From NCBI GenBank assembly GCA_903919035.1, contig CAIXGY010000003.1:1-63237 (forward strand): a stretch of 63,237 nucleotides of DNA, in the 5' to 3' direction. Below the pieces are notes generated by a model that worked only from the letters and a program-made list of their open reading frames with translations, was not told the DNA's origin and did not search any database. This document shows positions 39,131-48,219 of this stretch, piece by piece. The position numbers and the translations under genes are program-made. This DNA comes from an uncultured Planctomycetaceae bacterium (lineage in GTDB: Bacteria; Planctomycetota; Planctomycetia; Pirellulales; UBA1268). Position 1 is the first letter of the stretch; every line of letters begins with the position of its first letter.

Positions 39131-40462
39131 ATGACCGAGCGCCGGCTGACCTTCGCCCCCCGCGGCCACATGCTCACCAACACGGCGGTCTGGTCGCCCG
39201 ATTCCCGCTGGCTCGTCTTCGACACCCGCTCCGCAATCGACGGCTCGGTATTCGATGGCACGCAGATCGGCCGGGTGGACGTCGTCACCGGACGGGTCGA
39301 GACGCTCTACGAGTCGCGCGCCGGCGCATGCTGCGGAGCCGTGACGGCCAGCCCCGCCGACGATCGCGTGTTCTTCATACTCGGCCCCGAGCGGCCCTCC
39401 GCCGACTGGTCCTACGGTCCCACCCGTCGCCAGGGTGTGATCGTGCATGCGTCCCGTCCCGGTTTCGCCGCACCGCTCGACGCCCGAGACCTCGTCGCGC
39501 CCTACACTCCCGGCGCGCTCCGCGGCGGCACGCACGTGCATGTCTGTCACGGAGACGGCACACTCGTGAGTTCCACCTACGAGGACGCCGTGCTGGAGAC
39601 ACCACTCATCCACGCCTCCTCACGACTCGCCGTTCCGCGTTCACGGCAGCGGAACATGCGCGGCGTGGCGGTGAGCGTGTGTGGTCGGCCGGTTCGTGTG
39701 CCCGCGACCCACGACCGCAACCATGATGGCACGGCCTTCACGGTGCTCGTCACCGAACTCACCGATGACCCGCGGCCGGGCAGCGATGAGATCTCCCGCG
39801 CGTGCGAGGAGGGCTGGATCGGTGTCGCCGGTTACGACCGTGGCGATGGGACACGGCAGCGGCACGCGCTCGCGTTCCAGGGCACCGTCACCGCCACCAC
39901 GGGTGCCGTCTATCCGGAGGTATTTCTCGTCGATCTGCCCGACCACCCGCGCGACCTCGAGATCCCAGGCGCCCGGCCGCTCGCCGGCACGCCCACGACC
40001 CGTGCCGCCCCACCCCGAGGCCTCGTGCAGCGACGACTCACGCACACCGCCGACCGATCGCACCCGGGCCTCTCAGGCCCGCGACACTGGCTGCGGTCGA
40101 GCCCCGACGGCTCACGGATCGCCTGTCTCATGTGCGACGAGGCCGGCGTCGTGCAACTCTTCACGGTGAGCCCCTGTGGCGGGGAGCCATCGCAACTCAC
40201 GCGCGATCCCTGGCCAGTCGCGAGTGCATTCAGTTGGAGCCCCGCCGGCGACCGGATCGCCTACGTCGCCGACGGCAGCGTGATGACCGTGGACGCGTCG
40301 ACCGGGGAAAGCCGCAGGCTCACCCATCCCACGACCGGCCCGACCGCGCCGAGACCCGAGGCCTGCGTATTCGCCCCCGATGGGAAAGCCATCGCGTACA
40401 TGCGAACCCTGCCGACTGCCGCCGGTGCGTTGAACCACATCTTCGTCACACCGGCCGATTGA
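39131..40462 (+). CDS. yidR: YidR-like DUF3748 beta-propeller protein
   Basis: LTFAPRGHMLTNTAVWSPDSRWLVFDTR, APYTPGALRGGTHVHV, GSDEISRACEEGWIG, PPRGLVQRRLTHT, and PDG repeats. These track my recollection of E. coli YidR along the whole length. Confidence 0.7.
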   Translation: MTERRLTFAPRGHMLTNTAVWSPDSRWLVFDTRSAIDGSVFDGTQIGRVDVVTGRVETLYESRAGACCGAVTASPADDRVFFILGPERPSADWSYGPTRRQGVIVHASRPGFAAPLDARDLVAPYTPGALRGGTHVHVCHGDGTLVSSTYEDAVLETPLIHASSRLAVPRSRQRNMRGVAVSVCGRPVRVPATHDRNHDGTAFTVLVTELTDDPRPGSDEISRACEEGWIGVAGYDRGDGTRQRHALAFQGTVTATTGAVYPEVFLVDLPDHPRDLEIPGARPLAGTPTTRAAPPRGLVQRRLTHTADRSHPGLSGPRHWLRSSPDGSRIACLMCDEAGVVQLFTVSPCGGEPSQLTRDPWPVASAFSWSPAGDRIAYVADGSVMTVDASTGESRRLTHPTTGPTAPRPEACVFAPDGKAIAYMRTLPTAAGALNHIFVTPAD

Positions 40463-40488
40463 CACCGGCCGGGGCCACACCATGCGGT

Positions 40489-43400
40489 TCACGAACAGCC
40501 CATGCTGTTCCCGCAGTTGTGGCACAGGTAGCAGTTGCCGTTCCGGACCGTGATCGACCCGCAGTTCTCGCAGGCCGGCGCGTCGATCTGAAACTTTGCG
40601 AACTGCGTCTGCCGATCCGCCGGACTGGCCGCCGGATCGACGGCCATCTTCAGGCCGGCCCGTTCGAGCAGCATCGCAGCCGCACCGCCGCCGTGACCGT
40701 TCGCACCCTTGATGCCCGTGCCGCCGGGATGCCTGCCGCGCGACGGGCTCTCGCCCGCCACCGCCCGCCCGTTCGTCGTGGTGGCCTTCCCGTGGCCATC
40801 GGCCAGCCCGCTCGCCGTCGTGGCGGCGGGCTTCCGCTCACTTTCCGTATCACCGCTCCCCGCGGCGGCCTCCCCGCCGCCGCCGTCATGACCGCCGGGC
40901 CGGTTTGCTTCCCGGTAGCCGGGAATGAACTCGGTACCGAGCCAGCGAAAGAGGTAATCGACCAGGCTCTTGGCCACCGGAATGTCGGGGTTCTTCGTGT
41001 ATCCCCACGGCTCGAAGCGGGTGTGCGAGAACTTCTTCACGTACACCTCGAGCGGCACCCCGTATTGCAGGCTCATCGACACGCTCGTTCCGAACGCATC
41101 CATGAGGCCGCCGATCGTGCTGCCCTCCTTCGCCATGGTGATGAACAACTCGCCCGGCCGACCATCGTCGTACAGGCCGACGGTGATATAGCCCTCGTGG
41201 CCACCCACGTTGAACTTGTGGGTCACGCTGCGGCGGGTGTCGGGCAGCCGCTCCCGACGCGGCGCGGCCGTCACCTTGGCCGCCGCCTTGTCGCCCTCCG
41301 AACTCGTATTGAGGGGCTGGCTCTCCTTCGAACCGTCGCGGTAGATCGCAAGCGCCTTGAGTCCCAGCCGCCAGCCCTCCATGTAGGCCCCGGCGATGTC
41401 CGCGGGCGTCGTCTCCCGCGGCATGTTGACGGTCTTCGAAATCGCGCCGGAGATGAAAGGCTGCGCCGCCGCCATCATCTTCACGTGCGCCTCCCAGGCG
41501 ATGCTCCGCTGACCGAGCCGCGGCTTGAAGGCACAGTCGAACACCGACAGGTGCTCGACCTTGAGTCCAGGCGCACCTTCGATCGTGTCGTTCTTGTCGA
41601 TGAAGGCCAGAATCCCCTCCACGGCGGGCTCGTCGTAGCCGAGCGTCCGCAGGGCCAGCGGCACGGTCTGATTGACGATCTTGAGCATGCCGCCGCCGGC
41701 AAGTTGCTTGTATTTCACCAGTGCGATGTCGGGTTCGATGCCAGTCGTGTCGCAGTCCATCAGGAACGAGATCGTGCCGGTCGGCGCGAGCACGGTCGCC
41801 TGGGCGTTGCGGTAGCCGTGGCGGCGACCGCCGGCGAGCACGTCATCCCATATCTTCCGAGCCGCGTCGTGGAGATACCTCGGGCATGAGGAATCGATTT
41901 TCTCCACCGCATCGCGGTGCATCTGCATCACGTTCAGCATCGGCTCACGGTTGGCCGCGAAGCCTTCGAAGGGACCGACCGCCGCCGCCAGTTCGGCGCT
42001 GGTTCGGTTGGCCGCACCGTGCAGGATCGCCGTGAGCGCCCCGCACAGGCCACGCCCGGCGTCACTGTCGTAGGCGAGGCCGTCGGCCATCAGCAGGCTA
42101 CCCAGGTTCGAATACCCCAGGCCCAACGGCCGGTAGAGGTGGCTGTTGCGGGCGATCTTCGGCGTGGGGTAGCTGGCGTGGTCGACGAGGATCTCCTGAG
42201 CCACGAAGAACAGCCGACAGGCCGCGGCAAACCGCTCGACGTCGAAGGCGCCATCGGGCTTGCGAAACTTCATCAGATTGATGCTGGCGAGATTGCAGGC
42301 CGTATCGTCGAGAAACATGTACTCGGAGCAGGGATTCGACGCATTGATGCGGCCGGAGGTGGGGCAGGTGTGCCACCGGTTGATGGTCGTGTCGTATTGC
42401 ACGCCGGGGTCGCCGCACTGCCAGGCACACTCGGCCATCCGGTTCATCACCTCGCGGGCCTTGAAGCTCGGGCCCGCCTTCGACGGGTCGGTCACCCACC
42501 GGGTGGTCCAGGTGTCGTCGCGGTCGCAGGCCTCCATGAAGTCGTCGGTGAGGCGGACCGAGAGATTCGCGTTCTGGAACAGGATCGAACTGTAGGCCTC
42601 ACCGTTGAAGTTGGAGTCGTAACCCCCCTTCTCGATGAGCACGCGGGCCTTTTTCTCCTCCTTGGCCTTGCACTCGATGAATTCCATGATGTCGGGGTGG
42701 TGGATCTTGAGCGACTGCATCTTGGCCGCCCGGCGGGTCTTGCCGCCGCTCTTCACCACGGCCGCCACCTGGTCATAGACACGCATGAACGAGAGCGGGC
42801 CCGAGGGCTTGCCGCCACCGGCGAGCTTTTCCCGCTGGCTGCGAAGCGTGGACAGGTCGGTGCCCGTCCCGGAGCCGAACTTGAAGAGCATGGCCTCGCT
42901 ACGGGCGAGATCCATGATGTCTTCCATCGTGTCCTTGACGCTCTGGATGAAGCAGGCACTTCCCTGCGGGTATTCGTAGGGATTGTCAGGCATGACGACG
43001 TCACGCTTCGCCTCGTCCCACCGCCAGTTACACGGGGCTCCCTTGACGCCGTACTGATCATGGAGGCCGACGTTGAACCACACCGGCGAATTGAACGCAC
43101 CGTGCTGGTGGACGCAGAGCCAGGCGAGGTCGCGGTAGAAGTTCTCGCCGTCCTGCTTCGACTTGAAATAGCCGTCGCGAATGCCCCAATCGGCGATCGT
43201 GCGGGCCACCCGGTGCACAAGCTGCTTGACGGAATGCTCCCGCTCTGGCGTGTGGATTTCACCGTAGAAATACTTGCTGACGACGACGTTCGTGGCCAAC
43301 TGGCTCCAGGCGGCCGGAATCTCACACGCCGGCTGCTCGAAGAGCACCTTGCCGTCCTCCCCCTTGATGGCAGCCGTGCGGAGTTCCCACTCGGTGGTGT

Positions 43401-43533
43401 CGAACGGGCTGTCGACGTCGGCCGGGCAGAAGGTGGGGCGGATTTCGAGCGCCGTCCGTCCGGGGGTCTGCGTGGAGCCTGCCGGAGCAGAAACGGTGCC
43501 ACCGAGGGTGGCGGACGGGTCGAAAGCAGCCAT
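40489..43533 (-). CDS. nrdJ: Adenosylcobalamin-dependent (class II) ribonucleotide reductase
   Basis: Long-form NrdJ pattern with C-terminal Cys cluster CENCGSITVRNGNCYLCHNCGNSMGC. Start set at ATG 43533, preceded by AAGGAG 8 nt upstream. A Gly/Ala-rich low-complexity insert precedes the C-terminal Zn-ribbon-like tail. Confidence 0.9.
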   Translation of the reverse strand: MAAFDPSATLGGTVSAPAGSTQTPGRTALEIRPTFCPADVDSPFDTTEWELRTAAIKGEDGKVLFEQPACEIPAAWSQLATNVVVSKYFYGEIHTPEREHSVKQLVHRVARTIADWGIRDGYFKSKQDGENFYRDLAWLCVHQHGAFNSPVWFNVGLHDQYGVKGAPCNWRWDEAKRDVVMPDNPYEYPQGSACFIQSVKDTMEDIMDLARSEAMLFKFGSGTGTDLSTLRSQREKLAGGGKPSGPLSFMRVYDQVAAVVKSGGKTRRAAKMQSLKIHHPDIMEFIECKAKEEKKARVLIEKGGYDSNFNGEAYSSILFQNANLSVRLTDDFMEACDRDDTWTTRWVTDPSKAGPSFKAREVMNRMAECAWQCGDPGVQYDTTINRWHTCPTSGRINASNPCSEYMFLDDTACNLASINLMKFRKPDGAFDVERFAAACRLFFVAQEILVDHASYPTPKIARNSHLYRPLGLGYSNLGSLLMADGLAYDSDAGRGLCGALTAILHGAANRTSAELAAAVGPFEGFAANREPMLNVMQMHRDAVEKIDSSCPRYLHDAARKIWDDVLAGGRRHGYRNAQATVLAPTGTISFLMDCDTTGIEPDIALVKYKQLAGGGMLKIVNQTVPLALRTLGYDEPAVEGILAFIDKNDTIEGAPGLKVEHLSVFDCAFKPRLGQRSIAWEAHVKMMAAAQPFISGAISKTVNMPRETTPADIAGAYMEGWRLGLKALAIYRDGSKESQPLNTSSEGDKAAAKVTAAPRRERLPDTRRSVTHKFNVGGHEGYITVGLYDDGRPGELFITMAKEGSTIGGLMDAFGTSVSMSLQYGVPLEVYVKKFSHTRFEPWGYTKNPDIPVAKSLVDYLFRWLGTEFIPGYREANRPGGHDGGGGEAAAGSGDTESERKPAATTASGLADGHGKATTTNGRAVAGESPSRGRHPGGTGIKGANGHGGGAAAMLLERAGLKMAVDPAASPADRQTQFAKFQIDAPACENCGSITVRNGNCYLCHNCGNSMGCS

Positions 43534-43571
43534 GTCGAATGCTCCTTGCGGCGAAAGTGTCGAGCCTGGGA

Positions 43572-43599
43572 AGTATACTTGCGTATAGTCGTCCTGCAA
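43572..43599 (-). promoter_or_regulatory. Candidate sigma-70 promoter of nrdJ (TTGCAG-N16-TATACT)
   Basis: Read on the minus strand. The -10 TATACT ends 38 nt before the ATG. It overlaps the near-palindrome AGTATAC-TTGC-GTATAGT (43572-43589). Confidence 0.4.
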
Positions 43600-43986
43600 G
43601 CGTGATCGGTCGGCAGGCAGGGGCGAATTGAATCGTTCGGCGGCCCCTGGGGGCGGGCAACCGCGATGGCCTGAAAAAGCAGCTCCTTCTGCGTGCTATC
43701 GCAAGATGTTGTGGTGGTCGATCCGCCGACCCCAGCCTGTTGGCCGGGGCGTGAATGTATCGCGGGTGCCTACCACGTCAAGCGGTGAAACAAGCAGGAG
43801 CAAATCGGGCCGAAAAAGCGGATTTCAGGTGTCTCGGAAGGATGCTGGCATGCCGTGGTGGCAACAGCCCGCACGAGGGGGTCGGCTCGTGGACTCGCCC
43901 ACGAGCCGCGACGCCGCGACAATGGTCGGCCGGAAGCCCGTCGGAATCCGGCCGCCGACCGCCCCTTCGACCCGAGGAGACGCCCT

Positions 43987-44544
43987 GTGACACACCTCCC
44001 TTCCGTGGCCCGCCCTCTCGACGGCATCCGCATGCTCGTGTTTGTCGGCGACGACTACGAGGATCTGGAACTCTGGTATCCGAAACTCCGTCTCGAGGAA
44101 GCCGGCAGCCACGTGACCGTGGCTGGCTCGATGCAGGGCCGCACCTACTCGGGAAAGCACGGATATCCATGCACGAGTGACGCCGCGCTCGGCGACATGG
44201 AGGCGGCCGACTTTCACGGCATCGTGATTCCGGGGGGCTGGATGCCGGACAAGTTGCGGCGCGACGAGAAGGTGCTCGATCTCGTCCGCGAATTCGCCGC
44301 GCACGGGAAACTCGTGGCCGCCATCTGCCACGGCGGCTGGATCCCGATCTCGGCGGGCGTCTATCGGGGCGTACGGGTGACCGGGAGCCCCGGCATCAAG
44401 GACGATCTCGTGAACGCCGGCGCCGTCTGGGAAGATACGCCCGTCGTCGTCGACCGACACTTCGTGTCGAGCCGCAAACCGGCCGACCTGCCGGCCTTCA
44501 TGGCCGCAATCGTGGACGTCCTCGCAGGTGTCGCGGCGGCGTGA
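43987..44544 (+). CDS. DJ-1/PfpI family protein (PfpI-type cysteine peptidase/deglycase)
   Basis: MLVFVGDDYEDLEL.YP..RL.E.G..V, nucleophile elbow AAICHGGW, GIKDD..NAG. GTG at 43987 has GAGGAG 7 nt upstream; alternative ATG at 44032. Confidence 0.85.
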   Translation: MTHLPSVARPLDGIRMLVFVGDDYEDLELWYPKLRLEEAGSHVTVAGSMQGRTYSGKHGYPCTSDAALGDMEAADFHGIVIPGGWMPDKLRRDEKVLDLVREFAAHGKLVAAICHGGWIPISAGVYRGVRVTGSPGIKDDLVNAGAVWEDTPVVVDRHFVSSRKPADLPAFMAAIVDVLAGVAAA

Positions 44545-44696
44545 TGCGACTCGCTCCCCGACATCGGGCAGTCGCACGCCGTTGAGCGGCGGCCCTGCAA
44601 GCCCGGAGGTGCGAGCACCGGGCAGGGAAGGGCAACCTTGGCTTGCCCCCCCGGCCCAAGCGAAAATCGGCAGGACGCCGATGTTTCGCGTGGAGT

Positions 44697-45731
44697 TCAG
44701 TACCACAGTCCGGCGCGCAGGAGGAACGTGTCGCTGGGGCGGTAGTCGGCGGTGTCCGTGACGTAGTACTCGACGAGTCGGCCGGTCACCCAGCCAGTCT
44801 CGACGCGCCAACTTGCGCCAAGATCCGTGGGACGGCGCTCCCAGCCGACGAGCAGTCGGTAGTCGTGATAGACGACGACGTCATTGACGCCCGAGTCGCG
44901 GCGGACGGCCCATTGGTTGCCGCCGAACTCCCCGGCCAGATAGACCCATTGGGCGGCACGGTCGCCGTCCGCGACCCGCCACGCAAACCGTGGCCGCGGA
45001 AAGACGATCTCGAAGCGTCGGTCGTCGCTCGGCGTCCAGATGAGGCCGCCCGCTGGCAGGACATTGACGTCGTAGCGGTCGAGGTAGATGAGCCCCGCCG
45101 CCACCCGGAGGTTCTCGGTCCACTCCCAGGCTCCGAAGCCGTGGCCGGTGATTCGGAAGGCCTGTGACGTGTCGTTGACGAAGTCGCTGTACCAGCCCGG
45201 GGCGACGGCGATGTCGACACCGAAACGATCGCCGATCTTTCGCATCCAACGAGCCTGGAGCCACGATTCATAGAGTTGTGCCGGCAGCCCGGGATCCATC
45301 GGCCCGGGCACCTCGTCGATGAACGTCGTGCCGAAGCCGGGCGTGAGGAGGAGCGGCGAGTTGATCGTCGGCGCCGGCACGCCGATCGTGAGCGACGTGT
45401 CGAGGGTCGTGAGGCCGAGGCCATCGGATCCCAGCCGCGGCAGTTCTGTCACCGTGCCGATCACCTGCTGGAGCGCCCCCGGCTTGGCTCCCGGCGGGAG
45501 TTTGCGTCCGGCGGGCGGCTCGAACTCCTGCCGCGGTTGGCCAGGGGGTGCGACGTCGTCGGGCAGCAGCGGCTCGGTGAGATCCTGGGGATCGCCAAGT
45601 GCCGCGAGCCGGATCTTCGATGTCTCCTCGACCGACGGCAGCGGAACGACCTCCTCGGCGCGGCCGCCCGCATGCATCCAGGCGAGCTGCCACGCGACCA
45701 CGAAGAGGGTGGTGGCGATGTGTCGTCGCAT
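44697..45731 (-). CDS. Putative outer-membrane beta-barrel protein (planctomycete type, possibly BBP7/DUF1551-like)
   Basis: Signal-like N-terminus MRRHIATTLFVVAWQLAWMHAGG and alternating beta-strand-like C-terminal half ending in ...LLRAGLWY (aromatic terminus). Paralog of 45996-47186. GGAGGAGG lies upstream of the ATG at 45731. Confidence 0.5.
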   Translation of the reverse strand: MRRHIATTLFVVAWQLAWMHAGGRAEEVVPLPSVEETSKIRLAALGDPQDLTEPLLPDDVAPPGQPRQEFEPPAGRKLPPGAKPGALQQVIGTVTELPRLGSDGLGLTTLDTSLTIGVPAPTINSPLLLTPGFGTTFIDEVPGPMDPGLPAQLYESWLQARWMRKIGDRFGVDIAVAPGWYSDFVNDTSQAFRITGHGFGAWEWTENLRVAAGLIYLDRYDVNVLPAGGLIWTPSDDRRFEIVFPRPRFAWRVADGDRAAQWVYLAGEFGGNQWAVRRDSGVNDVVVYHDYRLLVGWERRPTDLGASWRVETGWVTGRLVEYYVTDTADYRPSDTFLLRAGLWY

Positions 45732-45974
45732 CCCTGCGGGCCTCCTCCGGCTCAGGCGACGCACGGCTGGACGCCGTGCGACGCGGGCCTGGGCAACCTC
45801 GGCTTGACCAGCGCCCGCGAAAGCCGGCGGGGCCATGGATGGGCTCATGTCACGCCGTCGCATCCCTGCGGGCCTCCTCCGGCTCAGGCGACGCACGGCT
45901 GGACGCCGTGCGTCGCGGGCCTGGGCAACCTCGGCTTGACCAGCGCCCGCGAAAGCCGGCGGGGCCATGGATGG
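45724..45974. repeat. Tandem duplication: two 119-bp copies (period 132 bp), one mismatch
   Basis: 45724-45842 versus 45856-45974 compared base by base. The only difference is A45781 / T45913. Each copy holds a hairpin (perfect 12-bp stem at 45888-45916; one mismatch at 45756-45784) plus GGAGGAGG and an ATG. Confidence 0.9.
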
Positions 45975-45995
45975 CCCGCCGGCGCTCTATTTAGT

Positions 45996-47186
45996 TCAGT
46001 AAGCCAGCCCCAGGCGAAACATGATCGTGTCGGGCAGGTTGACGATCTGTGGCGGGCCGTCTACGTAGAACAACTGCCGGTAGAAGACGTAGCCGACCTC
46101 CATGTTGCCCGCCAGACCCGTCGCCGCCAGCGGCACGAACTCGGTGCCCAGCGCGATGCGGATGTCGTTGTAGTCGAATGGCGTGATCATGTTGTAGAGC
46201 GACGTGTTGCGGCGAAACGTCCAGGCGCCGCCGCCGTATTCACCCGACACGTAGCCCCACCAGTTGTGGCGACCCGAGTTCATGTAGCGCCACGACGCCT
46301 TGGGGGCCGGGAAAAAAATGTCGTAGCGCGAGTCCGCGTTCGGCGTCCACGTGGCGCCGAGGGCCGGCAGGAGCTTCACCTGGTTGCGGTCGAGATAGAC
46401 GATTCCCGCCTTGGCCTGCCAGGTGGGCGTCATCTGCAGGGTGCCGATGGCGCGGCCCATGATGCGCCAACTGTCCCACACGAGCACGTCCCAGTTGGTG
46501 TAGATGCCGACGCGGATGCCGAGCTCGGCTCCGAAGACCGGCGTGAACTTCGGGTTCCATGCGGCGTCGATGAAGACGTCGTAGGTGTTCGGCGGCAGGT
46601 CGGCCAACTGCGTGGCCGTGGTCACGGGGCCATCCCAGAGCTGCAGACCGAAGCCCGGTGTGACGAGCAACGGCGCATGGTTCAGATTCACCGGGGAGTT
46701 GTGGAAGAACGGCAGGGCGAACGTGGCGGTCGTGTCGAGTTCATTGATGCCCACGTTGAGGCCCTGGCCGTTGCCGAGCAGATAGGCCCAGCTGCCGCGC
46801 AGGCCCTGATAGACGTGCATCGTCTGCGCGTAGGTCTGCTGGAAACCCGACTGCTGCGGATAGGCGGGGTTGGCGAGCGCGGCCGAGCCCTGCGTGGGCA
46901 CCAGCGGCGGCTGCGCCGCCGGGTAGCCGGGATAGCCGGGCTGGCCACTGATCGCCGACGGCGCCCAGATCGAAGGAGGTGCCGTCGCGCCGGGCGCCGC
47001 CGGGAACACCTGCGGCTGGGCGGCGTACGGATCCCATGCCGACGGCGGCGGCGGCATGGTCTGGGCAATCCGATCGAGCGACGAGGCGGCCGGGGGGGGC
47101 AGCTGGGCGGTCTGCGCACGAACCCGCCCTGCCGTCGCCATCGCGATGGCGGCCATGGTCGCCGAGAAGAAGACCGTCCGCATCAT
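45996..47186 (-). CDS. Putative outer-membrane beta-barrel protein (paralog), with Pro/Gln/Ala-rich N-terminal region
   Basis: Signal peptide MMRTVFFSATMAAIAMATAGRVRA. Shares blocks with the 44697 gene (LPA.G..WTP..D.R..I.FP.P...WR, G..GG..W..RR). Ends in ...MFRLGLAY. Confidence 0.5.
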   Translation of the reverse strand: MMRTVFFSATMAAIAMATAGRVRAQTAQLPPPAASSLDRIAQTMPPPPSAWDPYAAQPQVFPAAPGATAPPSIWAPSAISGQPGYPGYPAAQPPLVPTQGSAALANPAYPQQSGFQQTYAQTMHVYQGLRGSWAYLLGNGQGLNVGINELDTTATFALPFFHNSPVNLNHAPLLVTPGFGLQLWDGPVTTATQLADLPPNTYDVFIDAAWNPKFTPVFGAELGIRVGIYTNWDVLVWDSWRIMGRAIGTLQMTPTWQAKAGIVYLDRNQVKLLPALGATWTPNADSRYDIFFPAPKASWRYMNSGRHNWWGYVSGEYGGGAWTFRRNTSLYNMITPFDYNDIRIALGTEFVPLAATGLAGNMEVGYVFYRQLFYVDGPPQIVNLPDTIMFRLGLAY

Positions 47187-47332
47187 GCGCACGCACCGCC
47201 ATCCGTCCGCGTGAAATCCCCGCGGGAGAGGCTTGGTCGACGCGACTCCCGCGTCCGGGAGCCACCGACGCGGAGGGGGGTACCGCGCACCACCGCGGAG
47301 GGTCAAGGTCGCGGCCGAACTACACTCCACGT

Positions 47333-48151
47333 ATGCCTGCGCCCCCACCCCAGATTGCCTCCCACGCCGAATCGCTCGACAGCGCCGCACTGACGGCGGC
47401 CGGCTTCGCGACCATCGTGCACCGCGCTGCCGTCGGATCGACGATGGACGAGGCACGACTGCTGGCCGACGATCCGGCGATGCGGCTACCGGCCCTCGTC
47501 GTCGCGGATCACCAGGTTGCGGGACGAGGCCGGCGCGGGGCCGGCTGGTGGCAGGCTGCGGGCGCCCTCGCGGCGAGCATCGTCATCGACGGTGACGGGG
47601 CGGGGCCGCCGCGGCCGATCTGGGCCCTCGCCTGCGGCGTCGCGTTGGCGGAAGCGATCCGGGCGCTGGAGCCGGGCATCGAGGCCCTCGTCCGCTGGCC
47701 CAACGACGTCGAGGTGGCGGGGCGCAAACTCGCGGGCATCCTCGTCGAGACGGCAGCGCACGGTCGCGCGGTGATCGGCATCGGCATGAACACGTCGGGA
47801 AGCGCCACGATGGCGCCGGCCGCCGTGGCGTCTCGCGTGGTCACGCTCCCGGACCTGGTCGGCCGCACACTCGGGAGAACGGCGGTCTTGGGTGAGTTCC
47901 TGCCCCGGCTTCGCCCGCTGCTCGAGGCGATCCGTCACGACCCGATCGGTTTGCAACCCCGCTACCGGCCGCTGTGCGCGCTCGAGGGCAGGATCGTCAC
48001 GCTCCATGCGGCCGCCGAGCGCCACACCGGCCTGTGCCGCGGCATCGCCGGCGACGGGGCCCTCGTGATCGACACCCCCTCCGGACGCCGGACATTCGCC
48101 AGCGGCAGCCTCACCGATCCGGGGGACGTCTGGCCTGGCGGGGAGGTTTGA
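47333..48151 (+). CDS. birA: Biotin--[acetyl-CoA-carboxylase] ligase (no N-terminal HTH)
   Basis: STMDEA, Q.AGRGRRG..W, WPNDV...G.KLAGILVE, IGIGMN. Confidence 0.85.
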   Translation: MPAPPPQIASHAESLDSAALTAAGFATIVHRAAVGSTMDEARLLADDPAMRLPALVVADHQVAGRGRRGAGWWQAAGALAASIVIDGDGAGPPRPIWALACGVALAEAIRALEPGIEALVRWPNDVEVAGRKLAGILVETAAHGRAVIGIGMNTSGSATMAPAAVASRVVTLPDLVGRTLGRTAVLGEFLPRLRPLLEAIRHDPIGLQPRYRPLCALEGRIVTLHAAAERHTGLCRGIAGDGALVIDTPSGRRTFASGSLTDPGDVWPGGEV

Positions 48152-48219
48152 AGAGTTCCGCCGTCGTGGCCGGCTCGGGTATCATGCTCCGCGGCAACCA
48201 ATCCCGGAGATCTTCGTCC

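Noticed and set aside
40489-43533. Possible intein in the long NrdJ.
   Set aside because: No Cys/Ser...His-Asn-Cys splice-junction blocks were seen. The extra length is a Gly/Ala/Ser-rich low-complexity segment before the C-terminal Cys cluster.
43534-43900. Possible cobalamin riboswitch in the nrdJ leader or the pfpI upstream region.
   Set aside because: I could not find a B12-box-like core or the conserved GGTGC/GCCACTG-type elements on either strand. In addition, B12 riboswitches normally control B12-independent RNRs, not nrdJ.
45732-45968. N-terminal extension of the barrel-gene ORF with the duplicated peptide MAPPAFAGAGQAEVAQAR...
   Set aside because: It is a by-product of the 132-bp tandem DNA duplication staying in frame. 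The signal-peptide-like start MRRHIATTLFVV with GGAGGAGG upstream (ATG at 45731) is the plausible start.
45724-45974. Possible CRISPR-like or minisatellite array.
   Set aside because: There are only two copies, separated by 13 nt, with no spacer-like unique segments and no cas genes in the window.
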